Assembly (NCBI GenBank): GCA_902634455.1
Contig: CACPKQ010000005.1
Location: 302-64,301, forward strand
Length of the DNA: 64,000 nt
Source of the DNA: an uncultured Pelagibacteraceae bacterium
Lineage (GTDB): Bacteria; Pseudomonadota; Alphaproteobacteria; Pelagibacterales; Pelagibacteraceae
Direction: 5' to 3'
Shown here piece by piece: positions 49,447-59,897 of the stretch (the stretch's first letter is position 1; every line of letters starts with the position of its first letter). The notes under the pieces were generated by a model, which worked only from the letters and a program-made list of their open reading frames with translations, was not told the DNA's origin and did no database searches. Both the position numbers and the translations under genes were made by a program.

Positions 49447-49749
49447 TTAATTATTATTTTCAGGAATTAGTGGTGTGTCATCTGTATTTTCTTCGATTTT
49501 ATCAAGAACAGATGATGTAGGTGTCAATTCTCCTCTAGAAATTATCGTTAGTCCAAGACTGCAAACTATAAATAATGCTGCTACGATAGCTGTTGCTTTT
49601 GTAAAAAAATTTCCTGCTGATCTAGAAAACATGAAGTTTTCTTGAGAAACACCAATTCCTAAAGCTCCACCTTCAGATTTTTGAAATAAAACCAAAATCA
49701 CCAGTATTATTGCAAGAATTATATTAATTCCAAGAAGAATATTTTCCAT
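49447..49749 (-). CDS. secG: Preprotein translocase subunit SecG
   Basis: LFQKSEGGALG, two TMs; tpiA-secG-pyrG synteny. Confidence 0.9.
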   Translation of the reverse strand: MENILLGINIILAIILVILVLFQKSEGGALGIGVSQENFMFSRSAGNFFTKATAIVAALFIVCSLGLTIISRGELTPTSSVLDKIEENTDDTPLIPENNN

Positions 49750-49754
49750 GTGCT

Positions 49755-50507
49755 TTAATTAATAGTTTTTTTTATGATATCAATAAAATTTTTTGAATTA
49801 AGAGAAGCACCACCAATTAAAAAGCCATTTATTGAACTGATTTTTTTTAAAGTTACTATATTTTGACTATTGACAGAACCACCATATAGCACTTTTGCAT
49901 TATTAACTTTATAATTTTTTCTTATAATTTGTTTTATTTTCCTAACCTGTTTATCTAATTCATTGATTTTAGGTATGATTCCTGTGCCGATTGACCAAAC
50001 AGGCTCGTAAGCAAAAAAGATATTTTTTATATTACCGATTTTAGTTAAACCATTTTTAATTTGGTAGTTTAAAACTTTATTAGTTTTTTTGCTTCTCTTC
50101 TCTTTTAAAGTTTCACCAAAACAAAAAATTACTTTTAAATTAGCTTTAAGAGCAGATTTAATTTTAAGATTAATAGATTTGTTTGTATCACCAATGCTTC
50201 TAATTTCTGAATGACCTATAATAACAAATTTTGATCCAATATTTTTTATCATATTGGCATTTACAGAACCTGTAAAAGATCCAAATTTCTTTTTAAAATG
50301 ACAATTTTGTGCACCAATATCTATTTTTGTTTTTTTTGTTTTTTCAACAAAATGACTAATCAAAGTATATGGTGGACAATAAACTATTTTTGCATTTTTA
50401 TATTTTGATTTTTTAGATAACTTAATTACATTTTTAATAGAATTCACAGAATTTAAGCTTCCATGCATTTTCCAATTTGCAACAAAATATGTTTTATTGT
50501 TTGTCAT
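49755..50507 (-). CDS. tpiA: Triosephosphate isomerase
   Basis: ANWKM, IGHSE, AYEPVWSIGTG, LYGGSV, LIGGASL. Confidence 0.95.
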   Translation of the reverse strand: MTNNKTYFVANWKMHGSLNSVNSIKNVIKLSKKSKYKNAKIVYCPPYTLISHFVEKTKKTKIDIGAQNCHFKKKFGSFTGSVNANMIKNIGSKFVIIGHSEIRSIGDTNKSINLKIKSALKANLKVIFCFGETLKEKRSKKTNKVLNYQIKNGLTKIGNIKNIFFAYEPVWSIGTGIIPKINELDKQVRKIKQIIRKNYKVNNAKVLYGGSVNSQNIVTLKKISSINGFLIGGASLNSKNFIDIIKKTIN

Positions 50508-50565
50508 TAGTAAAAATTTAATTTATAGGTTTGTTTTTTATAGATCAATAAATTAAACTTTTAAT

Positions 50566-51996
50566 ATGTTAAGTAAATTAAGAAATTTTTCTACAACCAA
50601 ATTAGCTGGGGTATTTGTATTTATTATAGCAATACCTTTTGTTTTTTGGGGAATGGGGGGAGTTTTTAGTAGTGGTAATACAAATAGTATAGCAAAAATA
50701 AATAACTACAATGTTTCAACTAAAGATTTTATTAATTACATAAATGAAACAGAAATTAGTGAAGAATACATTAAAGAAAACATAAATAATAACATTCTTG
50801 AAGAGCTATTAACTGAATTAATAAGTAATAAATTAGTTGATCTAGAAACTAAAAATTTAAATATAATAATTACTGAAAAAAATTTAGCAACAATAATTAG
50901 AGCTAACAAAAATTTTCAGGATGAACAAAAGAAATTTTCAAGAATTAAGTATGAAAAATTTTTATTAGAAAATAATTTAAATGTAGTTTCATTTGAAAAT
51001 AAAATTAAAAAAAATTTTCTTAAAAGAAAACTTTTTACATATATAGCTGGTGGAATTAAAGCACCATACTTTATAACAAATAATACATTCAAAAATGAAA
51101 ATAAATTAATAACTTTATCTTATGTAAATCTAGATAATTTTTATAAAAAAAAAGAAAATTTTAGTAATATTGAAATTGATAGTTATATAAATGAAAATGA
51201 AGAAAGTTTAAAAAAAGAAATAATAGACTTTAAATATGTAAAAATTACACCAGAAAATTTAGTGCAAGAAACTGAATACACAAACAATTTTTTTGCTAAA
51301 ATTGACGAAATAGAAAATCAAATTTTAAATGGCTATAACATTGAACAGGTTGCTAATAATTTCAAATTAAAGCTAGATGAGATAGATAATTTTACAATTA
51401 ATACAACAAATCAAGATTTAGTATTAAAAGAAATTTATAAAAAGAGAAATGAAAACAAAATTCAAATTATTGAAAAGAAAGATTATTTTTTATTATACGA
51501 AATAAATAATTTAAAAAAAATATTACCAAAAAAAACGAATGTAAAATTTATTGAAACAGTTAAAGATGAACTATTTAAAAAAAATAAAGCTAAATATAAT
51601 TCTGACTTGCTATACAAAATTCAAAATAAAGAATTTACTATCAAAGATTTTAATCAATTAGTAAAAAATGATGAATTTGTTAAATTAGCATATTTAGAAA
51701 ATGTAAATGATGAAAATTTATTTACATTGGATTCAATGAAATTAATTTATTCATTGCCAAAAAGAAGTTTTTTACTAGTAGCAGATGAAGCAAAAAATAT
51801 TTACCTAGCAAAAATTGATGAAATTTATGAAAAAGACATTTTAAAAGGTAGAAAAGATTTTTTATCTTATAACGATAAGGCCAATAACATAATCAAAGAA
51901 AATTTATATTCATCATTTAATTATTTAATGAATGATAAATATAAGATAAATGTCAATCAAAGAACTTTAGATAGAGTTAAGAATTATTTTCAATAA
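50566..51996 (+). CDS. SurA_N/PpiD-like periplasmic chaperone
   Basis: N-terminal TM with FVFWG followed by a SurA_N-like region; tpiA-ppiD-trpE synteny. Confidence 0.75.
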   Translation: MLSKLRNFSTTKLAGVFVFIIAIPFVFWGMGGVFSSGNTNSIAKINNYNVSTKDFINYINETEISEEYIKENINNNILEELLTELISNKLVDLETKNLNIIITEKNLATIIRANKNFQDEQKKFSRIKYEKFLLENNLNVVSFENKIKKNFLKRKLFTYIAGGIKAPYFITNNTFKNENKLITLSYVNLDNFYKKKENFSNIEIDSYINENEESLKKEIIDFKYVKITPENLVQETEYTNNFFAKIDEIENQILNGYNIEQVANNFKLKLDEIDNFTINTTNQDLVLKEIYKKRNENKIQIIEKKDYFLLYEINNLKKILPKKTNVKFIETVKDELFKKNKAKYNSDLLYKIQNKEFTIKDFNQLVKNDEFVKLAYLENVNDENLFTLDSMKLIYSLPKRSFLLVADEAKNIYLAKIDEIYEKDILKGRKDFLSYNDKANNIIKENLYSSFNYLMNDKYKINVNQRTLDRVKNYFQ

Positions 51997-53453
51997 TGTT
52001 AAATATAAGTTTGAAGAAATTTAAACTTCTTCACCAAAAAAAACAAAACCAAATAATTTTTTATTCAATAAAATCTTCTGGTGAAAAAGAAATAGTAAAT
52101 CTAATAAATAATTTTTTAGCAGAAAAAAATAGTTTTGTTTTTGAATCTGTTGAAAAAGGAATTATAAAAGGAAGATATACTATTTTTGGAAAAAATCCTG
52201 ATAGAATATGGGAATTTAATAATAACAAATGTTATTACTATAGTGATACTAAAATAAAAAAAAAAATTAAAGGAAATCCAAAGAAGATTATAGAAAAAAT
52301 TATCGAACAATTTAAATTTAAAATACCTAAATCTCTGCCTCCTATAAGCTCAATATTATCAGGTTATTTTTCATACGATATAATAAGATACATCGAAAAA
52401 ATTCCAAATTCATGTACAGATGACTTAAATATTCCTGATGCAAGATTAATTAGACCTCGCAATCTTGTAATACATGATAATTTAAAAAAAGAAATTTATT
52501 TTATAATAAATTGCTTTGCTGATGAGAAAATCAATAATTATTATAAAAAATTTGTTAAAATTAAAAAAGAAATTGAAAGTTTAATTTTTTTATCTACGTA
52601 TAGTTCAATTTCTGAAAATACAAAAAAATTAAATAAAATTAATATTAAATCTAATATTTCCAAAAAAAAATTTTTATCAAATGTAAATAAAGCAAAAAAA
52701 TACATTAAAATTGGAGATATTTTTCAGGTTGTGTTAAGTCAAAGATTTGAAGCAAAATTGATTAAAAACCCAATAGAAATATATAAAAAATTAAGGATAA
52801 ATAATCCATCTCCATTTATGTATTTTTTTAATTTTGATGATTTTCAAATAATAGGTGCAAGTCCAGAAATACTTGTAAGATTAAGAAATAACAAAATAAC
52901 AATAAGACCTATTGCTGGAACAAGACCTAGGGGTAAAAATAAAAAAGAAGATAAATTTTATGAAAAAGACTTGCTAAAAGATAAAAAGGAACTTTCTGAA
53001 CATTTAATGCTTCTTGACTTAGGAAGAAATGATACAGGAAAAGTTTCAAAAATTAATTCTGTCAAAGTTACTGAAAAATTTGTTATTGAAAGATATTCTC
53101 ATGTTATGCATATAGTTTCTAATGTTGTGGGTGATTTTAATAAAAAATTCTCTAAATTTGATACATTGCTTTCAGGATTTCCAGCCGGAACTGTTTCTGG
53201 TGCACCTAAAATAAGGGCTATGGAAATTATCGATGAATTAGAAAATACTAAAAGAAAAGTATATGCTGGGGGAATAGGATATTTTTCTGCAAATGGTGAT
53301 TTTGATACATGTATCGCTTTAAGAACAGCGGTTTCGAAAAAAAACAAATTTTACGTTCAAGCTGGAGCAGGTATTGTAGCCGATAGTAAACCTTCCAATG
53401 AATATAAGGAAACAATTAATAAAGCTAAAGCTTTATTAAAGTCTCTGGAATAA
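51996..53453 (+). CDS. trpE: Anthranilate synthase component I
   Basis: GDIFQVVLSQ, NPSPFM, PIAGT, EHLMLLDLGRND, PAGTVSGAPK. Confidence 0.95.
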   Translation: MLNISLKKFKLLHQKKQNQIIFYSIKSSGEKEIVNLINNFLAEKNSFVFESVEKGIIKGRYTIFGKNPDRIWEFNNNKCYYYSDTKIKKKIKGNPKKIIEKIIEQFKFKIPKSLPPISSILSGYFSYDIIRYIEKIPNSCTDDLNIPDARLIRPRNLVIHDNLKKEIYFIINCFADEKINNYYKKFVKIKKEIESLIFLSTYSSISENTKKLNKINIKSNISKKKFLSNVNKAKKYIKIGDIFQVVLSQRFEAKLIKNPIEIYKKLRINNPSPFMYFFNFDDFQIIGASPEILVRLRNNKITIRPIAGTRPRGKNKKEDKFYEKDLLKDKKELSEHLMLLDLGRNDTGKVSKINSVKVTEKFVIERYSHVMHIVSNVVGDFNKKFSKFDTLLSGFPAGTVSGAPKIRAMEIIDELENTKRKVYAGGIGYFSANGDFDTCIALRTAVSKKNKFYVQAGAGIVADSKPSNEYKETINKAKALLKSLE

Positions 53454-53455
53454 AT

Positions 53456-54028
53456 ATGAAAATATTACTAATTGATAATTATGATAGTTTTACATTTAAC
53501 CTGTACCACTATCTTTCATCTCTGAAAGTAAATGTTGATGTATTTAGAAATGATAAAATAAATCATAAAGAAATTATTAAAAAGAAGTACAATAAAATTG
53601 TAATATCTCCAGGCCCAGGTAACCCAAATCAATCGGGAAATTGTTTAAAAATTGTAAAAAAATTATATAAAAAAATTCCAATTCTTGGTGTTTGTTTGGG
53701 TCATCAAATAATTGGTCAAGTATTTGGATCTAAAATTGTTCAAGCAAATAAATTAATGCATGGAAAAACTAGTATTATAAAATCATTTAAAACCGGGGTT
53801 TTGAAAAATTTGCCAGCAAAATTTGAAGCAACAAGATATCATAGTTTGATTATAGATAGAAAAACTTTATCAAAAAATCTTGAAATCACAGCTCAAACAA
53901 AAGATGGTATAATTATGGGAATTAAACATAAAAAATATAATGTCCATGGTGTTCAATTTCATCCTGAAAGTATAAAAACAAAAGTTGGAATTATAATATT
54001 AAAAAACTTTATTAATTTAAAATACTGA
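53456..54028 (+). CDS. trpG: Anthranilate synthase component II
   Basis: IDNYDSFT, SPGPG, GVCLGHQ, RYHSL, QFHPES. Confidence 0.95.
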   Translation: MKILLIDNYDSFTFNLYHYLSSLKVNVDVFRNDKINHKEIIKKKYNKIVISPGPGNPNQSGNCLKIVKKLYKKIPILGVCLGHQIIGQVFGSKIVQANKLMHGKTSIIKSFKTGVLKNLPAKFEATRYHSLIIDRKTLSKNLEITAQTKDGIIMGIKHKKYNVHGVQFHPESIKTKVGIIILKNFINLKY

Positions 54029-55020
54029 TGAAAAAAATAATAGAAAAGCTCAAAAACAAACATGATCTATCTTTTGAAGAAAGTAAATTAGCCTTTGAAA
54101 TACTGATGGATGGTAAAGCTACTGATGATGAGATATTTGACTTTCTTACTTCTCTTTCATTAAAAGGCGAGGTATCTGAGGAAATTGCTGGTGGTGTTTA
54201 TGTTCTACGAAATAAATCTAAAAGAGTAAATGTTAATGATTGTGTTGATACATGTGGCACTGGTGGTGATGGTAAAAACACATTAAATATATCAACAGCT
54301 TCGGCTTTATTACTAGCTAGTATGGGAATAAAAGTGGCGAAACATGGAAACAAAGCCGTTTCCTCTAAATGTGGTTCTGGAGATGTGTTGGAAGCATTAA
54401 ATATTAAAATTAATTTAGAACCAAAAGAAATAGAGGAACAAATAAATAAAAATAATTTTGGTTTTATGTTTGCCCCAAATTATCATAGTGCAATGAAATA
54501 TGTGGGTCCTACAAGAAAAAAAATTGGAAAAAGAACAATATTCAATATGATAGGTCCATTAAGCAGCCCTGCGCTTGTTAAACGACAAGTGGTTGGTGTT
54601 TTTGATAAAAAATTACTTACAACTTTTGCAAATGCACTTAAAAATTTAAATATTAATTTTGCTTGGATAGTAAGCAGCGATGATGGCTTAGATGAAATTT
54701 CACCTTACGATAAAACTAATATTGTTCAACTAAAAAATGGTGAAATAAGTAAAATTACAATTAATCCAAATGAATTAAATATACAAGCAGATAAATTTGA
54801 AAATTTATTAGGCGATGATGCCGAATATAATGCAAACAAAATGATTAATGTATTTAAAGGAGAAGATAATGATTTTTCAAAAGCTATTTGTTTAAATGCT
54901 GCAGCTGGACTTATTGTTTCAGAAAAATATTTAAAATTTATCGATGCTTATAATAGTACAAGAAAACATATATTAACTGGAAAAACATTTGAACATTTAA
55001 AAAAAATCCAAAATGTCTGA
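54028..55020 (+). CDS. trpD: Anthranilate phosphoribosyltransferase
   Basis: DTCGTGGDG, NIST, KHGN, DGLDE. Confidence 0.96.
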   Translation: MKKIIEKLKNKHDLSFEESKLAFEILMDGKATDDEIFDFLTSLSLKGEVSEEIAGGVYVLRNKSKRVNVNDCVDTCGTGGDGKNTLNISTASALLLASMGIKVAKHGNKAVSSKCGSGDVLEALNIKINLEPKEIEEQINKNNFGFMFAPNYHSAMKYVGPTRKKIGKRTIFNMIGPLSSPALVKRQVVGVFDKKLLTTFANALKNLNINFAWIVSSDDGLDEISPYDKTNIVQLKNGEISKITINPNELNIQADKFENLLGDDAEYNANKMINVFKGEDNDFSKAICLNAAAGLIVSEKYLKFIDAYNSTRKHILTGKTFEHLKKIQNV

Positions 55021-55804
55021 AAATATACTTGAAAAAATAATTAAAAAAAAAATAGAAAAAATTGATAAATTAAAAAAAAATATAACAATAAAATCGTTGA
55101 AAGAAAAAATTGAGCAAAATGATACTTTCATTAATTTTAAAGATAAAATTAGCAATAATATTATTAATAATAAAATCTCTATAATTGCTGAAATTAAAAA
55201 AGCCAGTCCTTCGGCTGGAATTATAATTAAAGATTATGATCCAGTAAACATTGCTCAAATATATAATGATAGAAAAGCCACTTGTTTGTCTGTACTAACT
55301 GAAGAAGATTTTTTCTTGGGTAATTTAATTCATATAAGTAAAATTAAACAAAAAATTAAACTTCCAATTTTGTGTAAAGATTTTTTTGTTGATGTATTTC
55401 AGATACATCTTGCTAAAAGCTATGGCGCTGATGCAATTTTAATTATCCTTGCTGGGGTATCAGATAAATTAGCCAACTTATTATACGAAGAAGCTGTAAA
55501 ATTAAATATGTCTGTAATTATTGAGGTTCATACTGTTGAAGAAGCTAAAAGAGCGCTCAGATTTAAAGATGCACTAATAGGGATTAATAATAGAAATCTT
55601 AAAACTCTTAAAACTGAACTAAATACAACTTATAATATCCACGATATTTTAGTGAATCATCCATGCCCTTTAATTTCAGAAAGTGGAATTAAAACAAAAG
55701 AAGAACTATTGGAAATAAATAATAAAACTAAAATTAAAACTTTTTTAATCGGTGAATCATTATTAAAAAATCTTAACAGCAATTCTATTTTTTCAGTTTT
55801 ATAG
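55013..55804 (+). CDS. trpC: Indole-3-glycerol-phosphate synthase
   Basis: IAEIKKASPS, SVLTE, KDF, GINNRNL, SESGI. Confidence 0.96.
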   Translation: MSENILEKIIKKKIEKIDKLKKNITIKSLKEKIEQNDTFINFKDKISNNIINNKISIIAEIKKASPSAGIIIKDYDPVNIAQIYNDRKATCLSVLTEEDFFLGNLIHISKIKQKIKLPILCKDFFVDVFQIHLAKSYGADAILIILAGVSDKLANLLYEEAVKLNMSVIIEVHTVEEAKRALRFKDALIGINNRNLKTLKTELNTTYNIHDILVNHPCPLISESGIKTKEELLEINNKTKIKTFLIGESLLKNLNSNSIFSVL

Positions 55805-55853
55805 TTAAATAAACCTTAATTTTAAAGGATTTTAAGCTATTGCTCTATTATAA

Positions 55854-55890
55854 GAACTTTTGTAGAACAGATTCTGTACGATATTTGTTC
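55854..55890. promoter_or_regulatory. Two alphaproteobacterial SOS (LexA) boxes
   Basis: GAAC-N7-GAAC at 55854-55868 and GTAC-N7-GTTC at 55876-55890. The first overlaps a TTGCTC-17-TAGAAC promoter (55840-55868). Confidence 0.8.
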
Positions 55891-55891
55891 T

Positions 55892-56572
55892 ATGCTAACT
55901 AAAAAACAAAAAAACCTGCTGTTGTTTATTAACAAAAAGTTAAGATCTTCGGGTATTTCTCCATCTTATGAAGAAATGAAAACTTCATTAAATCTTAAAT
56001 CAAAATCAGGAATTCATAGGCTTATTGGTGCATTAGAGTTCAGAGGTTTTATAAGAAAATTACCTCATAAAGCTAGAGCTCTTGAAGTTATTAAGCTTCC
56101 TGAAACAGCTTCAGCAAATGATATTTATAATAACTTTTCACCAAGTGTAATTAAAGGTGGTTTGGATGAAAGTAACTCAAAAAATAAAGGACCTGAAGTT
56201 CCTGTGTTGGGAAGTATTGCTGCAGGAACTCCTATTGAAGCAATTCAAAATGAAGTTTCGAGAATACCTCTTCCAGAAAATATTGAAAAAAATGGTGAAT
56301 ACTTTGGTCTAAAAGTTACAGGAGATTCAATGATTGAAGCAGGAATCAATGATGGTGATACAGTGATTATAAAAAAAACTGATACCGCAGATAATGGAAA
56401 AATAGTTGTTGCCCTTATTGACAATCATGAAGCCATGCTAAAAAGAATCAGAAGAAAAGGTAAAACTGTTGCTTTAGAAAGCGCAAATAAAAACTTTGAA
56501 ACTAAAATTTTTGGGCCAGATAGAGTAAAAGTTCAAGGTGTGTTAATATCTTTATATAGAAACTTCAACTAA
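55892..56572 (+). CDS. lexA: SOS repressor LexA
   Basis: PSYEEM, SKSGIHRL, IAAG cleavage site, GDSM catalytic Ser, catalytic Lys in MLKR. Confidence 0.96.
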   Translation: MLTKKQKNLLLFINKKLRSSGISPSYEEMKTSLNLKSKSGIHRLIGALEFRGFIRKLPHKARALEVIKLPETASANDIYNNFSPSVIKGGLDESNSKNKGPEVPVLGSIAAGTPIEAIQNEVSRIPLPENIEKNGEYFGLKVTGDSMIEAGINDGDTVIIKKTDTADNGKIVVALIDNHEAMLKRIRRKGKTVALESANKNFETKIFGPDRVKVQGVLISLYRNFN

Positions 56573-56591
56573 AATAGTCTAAAAAATATCT

Positions 56592-57992
56592 ATGAAAAAA
56601 GTTGCAACTCGTTTTGCACCTTCACCTACAGGCCCTTTACACATAGGTGGGGTTAGAACGGCTCTATTTAATTGGTTATATTCAAAAAATAAAAAAGGAT
56701 CTTTTTATTTAAGAATTGAAGATACTGATAAAGAAAGATCAAAAGATAAATACAAGGAACAAATTGTAAAATCTCTTAAATGGATTGGTGTTGAAAATGA
56801 TGGAGATGAATATATTCAATCAAAAAAAATCAATGATCATATAAAAGTTGCTAACGAATTACTAAAAAATGGTCATGCATATAAATGTTATTGTTCAAGT
56901 GATGAAATAGAAGAACAAAAACAGAGAGCAAAACAAAAAAAAATTCCATATATTTATGATAGAAAATGGAGAAATAAAAATGAATCAGAAGCTCCAAAAG
57001 ATTCCAAACCGACTATAAGATTCAAAAGTAAAATAAATGGAAACACCATACTAAAAGATTTAGTGCAAGGAGATGTCCAAATAGATAATAATACTATCGA
57101 AGATTTTATAATTTTAAGAAATGACGGATCGCCAACTTATAATTTATCTGCTTCGGTTGATGACCATCTAATGAATATTACTCATATTATTAGAGGTGAT
57201 GATCATAAAATTAATACATTTAAACAAATGCAAATTTATATAGCTATGAAATGGGAACTGCCATCTTTTGCCCATATACCTTTAATCCATACAACTGAGG
57301 GAAAAAAGCTATCAAAAAGAGATAAAGCCTCTACATTAGATGATTATTCTAAAATTGGCATTATGTCAGATGCACTTAGAAACTATCTTTTAAGATTGGG
57401 CTGGTCTTATAAAGATAAAGAAATATTTACCCTAAATGAAAGTATAAAATATTTTAATTTAGAAGGTATTGGTAAATCTCCTTCTAAACTAGATATGAGT
57501 AGAATTTTATCAATGAATGAACACTATATTAAAAATATTGATGAAAATCATTTGTTCAATCAACTAACTGAGTACTGCAAATTATATAAAAGTGAAATTA
57601 AGTCAGATAAAAAAGAAAAGATCAAAAAATCTCTTCCCTTCTTAAAAAATAAAGCAAAAACCCTAGAAGATATATTTAATAATGGTCAATATATAATGGT
57701 AGATAATGTTAATTTTAATCAGGAAGATATAAAATTGATTGATGATAAAGCCAAAAAAGTTATTTCTGATTTCAATACAAAATTTAGTCACGTAAACAAA
57801 CTAAGCAAAGAAACATTAGAACCAATAGTAAATGAGCTAATTAAATCAAATGATACAAATTTTAAAGGTGTTGGTCAGCCATTAAGAATAGCATTAACGG
57901 GTTCAAAATTTGGACCTGGTATATATGATATAATTATTTCACTTGGAAAAGATGAAGTGAGAAAAAGATTAACCAATAAGAAACTTAGTTAA
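56592..57992 (+). CDS. gltX: Glutamyl-tRNA synthetase
   Basis: RFAPSPTG.LHIGG, RIEDTD, IRGDDH, KLSKR. Confidence 0.96.
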   Translation: MKKVATRFAPSPTGPLHIGGVRTALFNWLYSKNKKGSFYLRIEDTDKERSKDKYKEQIVKSLKWIGVENDGDEYIQSKKINDHIKVANELLKNGHAYKCYCSSDEIEEQKQRAKQKKIPYIYDRKWRNKNESEAPKDSKPTIRFKSKINGNTILKDLVQGDVQIDNNTIEDFIILRNDGSPTYNLSASVDDHLMNITHIIRGDDHKINTFKQMQIYIAMKWELPSFAHIPLIHTTEGKKLSKRDKASTLDDYSKIGIMSDALRNYLLRLGWSYKDKEIFTLNESIKYFNLEGIGKSPSKLDMSRILSMNEHYIKNIDENHLFNQLTEYCKLYKSEIKSDKKEKIKKSLPFLKNKAKTLEDIFNNGQYIMVDNVNFNQEDIKLIDDKAKKVISDFNTKFSHVNKLSKETLEPIVNELIKSNDTNFKGVGQPLRIALTGSKFGPGIYDIIISLGKDEVRKRLTNKKLS

Positions 57993-59105
57993 TACTGAAG
58001 AAGCTTCATCAGAAGATGAAGTTTTTGATCTGATTTTAGTTAAAGTTTCCTCACAATCATTAATTTGTTTTTTCATTAATTCTGGATTTTTTAAAAAATA
58101 AACAACAGAATTGTAAATCTCTTTAGCATTACACTCTTTTTGTATTAATTCTGGAATTATTTCTTTGTTATTAATAATATTAATGATGTTAGCAAATTTT
58201 ATTTTTACCAACATTTTGACAATCAAAAAATTTAAAAAATTCATTTTATAGATAATTATAGAGGGAACTTTTGCATTACAGATTTCAAGAGAAACTGTAC
58301 CAGATTTAGAAACTGCAAAAGTAGATTTATTTAGTATTTGTTTTTTTATATTTTCATCAGAAATAACTTCGACATTTTTTAAATTCACATAATTAATCTT
58401 TTCGCTAATTAAATTCTTATTCTCATCAGTTGCATGAAATACAAAAGTTAAATTATCAAATTTTGTATTCATCATATTTATAAAATCAATTAATATAGGT
58501 AAAAGTAAATTTACTTCGGATGATCTACTACCAGAAAAAAGAGAAATAATTTTTTTATCATTTGATATGATGCTAGATAGATCTATCTTGTCTTTAGTTT
58601 CGTGCTCTAATAATGGATGTCCGACAAAAGTATTTGGAATATTTTCTTTATCAAAATATTTTTTTTCAAAATCAAATAATAATAAAATATGATCTAAGAA
58701 TTTTTTAAACTTTTTAACCCTTCCCTCTCTCCAAATCCAAACTTGAGGTGCTACATAATGAATAGTCTTGATCTCATTGTTTAATTTTTTTACTTTTTCA
58801 GCAACTCTTAAAGTAAAATCTGGACTATCTACACTAAATAAAATATCTGGATTAAATTTTATTATCTCTTCTACAGTTTTATTTATTTTATTCTTTATTT
58901 TAAAAATATTTAAAAAAACAGTTGTAAAGCCAATGTAGGTAATTTCTTTAAGATCAAAAATAGATTTTATTCCTAATGAATCTAAATGTGTTCCACCAAC
59001 ACAAGAATACTCAATATTTGGATTATTTTTTTGGAGTTTAGATATGACTTTAGAAGCAAGTTTATCTCCAGAAGGTTCGCCAGTTAATATAAAAATCTTT
59101 TTCAT
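57969..59105 (-). CDS. lpxB: Lipid A disaccharide synthase
   Basis: GEPSGD, DSPDF, YVAPQVW.WR, FVGHP, GSR, SGT. Confidence 0.94.
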   Translation of the reverse strand: MKKIFILTGEPSGDKLASKVISKLQKNNPNIEYSCVGGTHLDSLGIKSIFDLKEITYIGFTTVFLNIFKIKNKINKTVEEIIKFNPDILFSVDSPDFTLRVAEKVKKLNNEIKTIHYVAPQVWIWREGRVKKFKKFLDHILLLFDFEKKYFDKENIPNTFVGHPLLEHETKDKIDLSSIISNDKKIISLFSGSRSSEVNLLLPILIDFINMMNTKFDNLTFVFHATDENKNLISEKINYVNLKNVEVISDENIKKQILNKSTFAVSKSGTVSLEICNAKVPSIIIYKMNFLNFLIVKMLVKIKFANIINIINNKEIIPELIQKECNAKEIYNSVVYFLKNPELMKKQINDCEETLTKIRSKTSSSDEASSVLTKFLIG

Positions 59106-59896
59106 TTTACTGAGATAAACATTTTATTTTTATTAGCAAATTTAATACATTTGTTTTTATCTAAAAAAACATGTTGTTTATTTTTTATAACAATACCCTT
59201 TAACCCAGCACTCTTACTTTGTTTTATGGTTTTCAATCCAATTGTTGGAAGATCTACTCTTAAGTCTTGTTTCTTTTTTGGAAACTTAACTAAAACTCCC
59301 TGATTTCTAAACTTTTTGCTTCTACTTTTTTCGAGCATTTTCTTGGTTCCACCTTTTCCTTCTATAGAAACAACTTTTTTATTTCTAACTACAACTCCTT
59401 GACTAAAATTGTACTGTCTTAAATTAGCTAATATTTTAATTGCTTTTTTAATATCTAATTGATCTTGTTTGTTGGGTTTGGTATTTGAATAATTGCCTTT
59501 TTTTAATGAAAGCTCTGGATTAAATTTTAATGAAGTTTCAGTTTTTATTTTGTTTTGAGATAATATTTTAATTATTTCATTAAGTATTGCTGCATCTCCG
59601 AGTTTAGATGCTTTGATTATTCTTGGGATATAATAAATACCTTTAAAATCTAATTTTAATTTAGAAAAATTAGGTTTATCTACTTTTCCAGCAAATAAGA
59701 CTTTTTTACAGTTATTTTCTCTTAAAATATTAATAATTTTACCAAACTGTCCTATGGAAACCGAATAAGATTTTTTATCTTGTTTAAATTTCTTTAATTT
59801 TGACAAATCAATTATTAAATATTTTATTTTTCTTTTTTTAACAGTTTTAAGAATTTCATTTGGAAAATCAGTATCACCAAAAATTAATCCTATCAT
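59102..59896 (-). CDS. lpxI: UDP-2,3-diacylglucosamine pyrophosphatase LpxI
   Basis: GD..IL, QGVVV, IEG..GT, QDLRVDLPTIG; between lpxA and lpxB. Confidence 0.88.
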   Translation of the reverse strand: MIGLIFGDTDFPNEILKTVKKRKIKYLIIDLSKLKKFKQDKKSYSVSIGQFGKIINILRENNCKKVLFAGKVDKPNFSKLKLDFKGIYYIPRIIKASKLGDAAILNEIIKILSQNKIKTETSLKFNPELSLKKGNYSNTKPNKQDQLDIKKAIKILANLRQYNFSQGVVVRNKKVVSIEGKGGTKKMLEKSRSKKFRNQGVLVKFPKKKQDLRVDLPTIGLKTIKQSKSAGLKGIVIKNKQHVFLDKNKCIKFANKNKMFISVK

Positions 59897-59897
59897 C

